Shown: positions 62,717 to 64,000 of the stretch, piece by piece
How positions within the stretch are numbered: the stretch's first letter is position 1
Layout: the number at the start of each line of letters is the position of its first letter
DNA from: an uncultured delta proteobacterium
Lineage (GTDB): Bacteria > Myxococcota_A > Polyangia > Polyangiales > Houyiibacteriaceae
DNA length: 64,000 nt
Direction: 5' to 3'
NCBI GenBank assembly: GCA_963704865.1
Contig: CAVPIE010000008.1
Coordinates: 29,357-93,356, forward strand
Translations under genes and position numbers: made by a program
Notes under the pieces: model-generated
What the model saw: the letters and a program-made list of their open reading frames with translations, nothing else
What the model was told of the DNA's origin: nothing
Databases searched by the model: none

Positions 62717-63157
62717 ATGGCTGAACACCAAGACCACGCAGACGACCATACGGGAGATCACAGCCAAGCCTTCTACTTGAAGATTTGGGCCATCTTACTG
62801 GTGCTTCTCATCTTGAGCATTCTTGGGCCGATCGTCGCGCCGCACCTGGCCGTCGGCTTCCTGCAAGCATGGATGATCACCCTGATGACGGCGTTTGGCA
62901 TCGCAGTGGTCAAGGCTTATCTGGTCGCAGCGAACTTCATGCACCTCAACATCGAAAAGCGGTACATCTCATACCTGCTCGCCACGATGCTGACACTCAT
63001 GCTTCTCTTCTTCGCCGGCGTCGCTCCGGACGTCATGAAGCACGAGGGCCAAAACTGGGAGAACGTCGCGGCCAAGACGGAAGTCGACCGAGCCCTCGAG
63101 GCCGCTGCCGCTGCACACGGCGAGCACGCCGGGGAACACCCAACGACCGAGCACTGA
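62717..63157 (+). CDS. Cytochrome c oxidase subunit IV family protein (bacterial type) with His-rich termini
   Basis: FYLKIWAILLVLLILSILG..., KAYLVAANFMHL... (the caa3 subunit IV/CtaF-like pattern), and its position after subunit III. Confidence 0.65.
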   Translation: MAEHQDHADDHTGDHSQAFYLKIWAILLVLLILSILGPIVAPHLAVGFLQAWMITLMTAFGIAVVKAYLVAANFMHLNIEKRYISYLLATMLTLMLLFFAGVAPDVMKHEGQNWENVAAKTEVDRALEAAAAAHGEHAGEHPTTEH

Positions 63158-63175
63158 TGAACGTAGGACTCGACC

Positions 63176-63766
63176 ATGCCTGATGACGCACTAGGTCGCC
63201 CTTACGGGGTGCCAACCAGGCGCGAGCCGGTCGTACCGAACGGCGTGCTTGGCATGCTGATCTTCGTGGCGACCGAAGTGATGTTTTTTTCCGGCCTCAT
63301 CAGTGCGTTCGTGATCGGAAAGAGCAACGCGGTCGGGGGCTGGCCTCCGCCGGGGCAGCCGCGTTTGCCCGTCGAAGAGACCGCCCTCAACACCGCGGCG
63401 CTCCTCGCCAGCGGCATCGCGCTGTACTTCGCCAACCGCGCGTTCAAAAAGGACTCCCCAAATACGAAGCGGCTCCTGGGGCTCGCGATCGGACTCGGCG
63501 GCTTCTTCGTGCTCTTTCAGGGGTCGGAATGGGTCGCGCTGATCGGTGAAGGCCTGACGATCACCTCGGGGCAACTGGGCGGCTACTTCTATCTCCTCGT
63601 GGGAACCCACGCGCTTCATGTCGTCGCTGGATTCATCATCCTGGTCTACACGTATCGGAAGCTCTCACACGACGACCTCGATCGCTTCACGTTCTGGCCG
63701 GCGCAGATTTTCTGGTATTTCGTGGTCGGCGTTTGGCCGATTCTCTATTGGCAGGTTTACCTCTGA
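63176..63766 (+). CDS. Second haem-copper oxidase subunit III family protein
   Basis: GMLIFVATEVMFFSGLISAF..., ...YFYLLVGTHALHVVAGFIILVY..., ...IFWYFVVGVWPILY: subunit III signatures in a distinct paralogue. Confidence 0.72.
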   Translation: MPDDALGRPYGVPTRREPVVPNGVLGMLIFVATEVMFFSGLISAFVIGKSNAVGGWPPPGQPRLPVEETALNTAALLASGIALYFANRAFKKDSPNTKRLLGLAIGLGGFFVLFQGSEWVALIGEGLTITSGQLGGYFYLLVGTHALHVVAGFIILVYTYRKLSHDDLDRFTFWPAQIFWYFVVGVWPILYWQVYL

Positions 63767-64000
63767 TGCGCGTGTGGATGCGCTTGGCTCGCGTCAGTGT
63801 GGCGCTCGCCGCCGTGGCTCTGACTTGGGCCGCCGACTTGGCCCACGCCTGTCCGTCCTGCGCGTCTCCCCTCGAGGAGAATCGGCAAGCGTTCGTCGAT
63901 ACGACCATCTTTCTCACGGTGGTCCCTCTACTGATGATGGGCGGCTTCATCTGGTGGCTTCGCCGCAAGCTCCGCGACCGGGATGAGCCGCCGGAGATCG
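63766..64000 (+). CDS. Hypothetical exported/membrane-anchored protein with a CPSC motif; 3' end beyond the window
   Basis: The ATG overlaps the upstream stop (TGATG). MRVWMRLARVSVALAAVALTWAADLAHACPSCASPLEENRQ...TIFLTVVPLLMMGGFIWWLRRKL has a signal-like N-terminus, a CxxC motif and one TM helix. There is no stop before base 64000. Confidence 0.4.
   Translation, partial: MRVWMRLARVSVALAAVALTWAADLAHACPSCASPLEENRQAFVDTTIFLTVVPLLMMGGFIWWLRRKLRDRDEPPEI

Noticed and set aside
1-64000. Search by eye for mobile genetic elements, prophage, toxin-antitoxin, restriction-modification, CRISPR-Cas or other defence islands, rRNA, and secondary-metabolite megasynthases.
   Set aside because: No transposase, integrase, recombinase, phage structural, Cas, methyltransferase-endonuclease pair, PKS or NRPS signatures were recognised in any frame. 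The window is dominated by housekeeping, envelope and respiratory genes.

Overview
GC-rich, very gene-dense chromosomal segment. It looks like core genome of a Myxococcota-type (deltaproteobacterial) organism. The basis is a TIGR04551-like outer-membrane barrel, a PilZ/TIGR02266-like protein, Hanks kinases with DUF4388-like tails, and an Alternative Complex III plus aa3 oxidase supercluster. This taxonomic call rests on family recognition only and is not a database result.

I can support about 60 protein genes, one tRNA-Val(CAC), a programmed +1 frameshift in prfB, several coding tandem repeats, and a multi-copy intergenic repeat family.

Layout:
- 1-5.6 kb: rnj, OMP, gmk, yicC, DUF507.
- 5.6-7.6 kb: Crp-family regulator, repeat-rich spacer, SRPBCC.
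- 7.6-18.6 kb, all minus strand: MlaC-like, TolC-like, Skp, BamA, LolD, LolC/E-like, lysS, prfB. This is an envelope-biogenesis plus translation block.
- 19-24.5 kb: TatT-like lipoprotein, two SDRs, alkyl-DHAP-synthase-like flavoenzyme.
- 24.5-28.1 kb: an unusual four-gene cluster of pseudokinase, prepilin-like protein, secreted 16x GDSGSKDK repeat protein, and a polytopic membrane protein with a GspG-like C-terminus.
- 28.3-31.7 kb: flavoprotein plus membrane polyferredoxin, and macrodomain plus PilZ.
- 31.8-38.1 kb: S1-domain protein, repeat, tRNA-Val, meaB, kinase-like membrane protein, crotonase.
- 38.2-49.4 kb: pepN, membrane protein, xthA, ridA, purA, hisZ, serA, STPK.
- 49.5-64 kb: O-methyltransferase, actABCDEF, two c-type cytochromes, and coxII/I/III/IV/III-like.

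I saw no rRNA, CRISPR array, transposase, integrase, prophage or recognisable defence genes, so most of the window is ordinary housekeeping DNA.

The best candidates for something undescribed are:
- the 24.5-28.1 kb pseudokinase/pilin-like/repeat-protein cluster;
- the roughly 170-270 bp intergenic repeat family carrying a conserved G-quadruplex-type motif (three full copies and one fragment);
- the 245-residue polytopic N-terminal extension on the LolC/E-like permease;
- the kinase-like membrane protein at 35.7-37.3 kb.

All functional calls come from motif recognition by eye. No searches were run. Self-derived coordinates were cross-checked against ORF-track frames where possible but may be off by a few bases.
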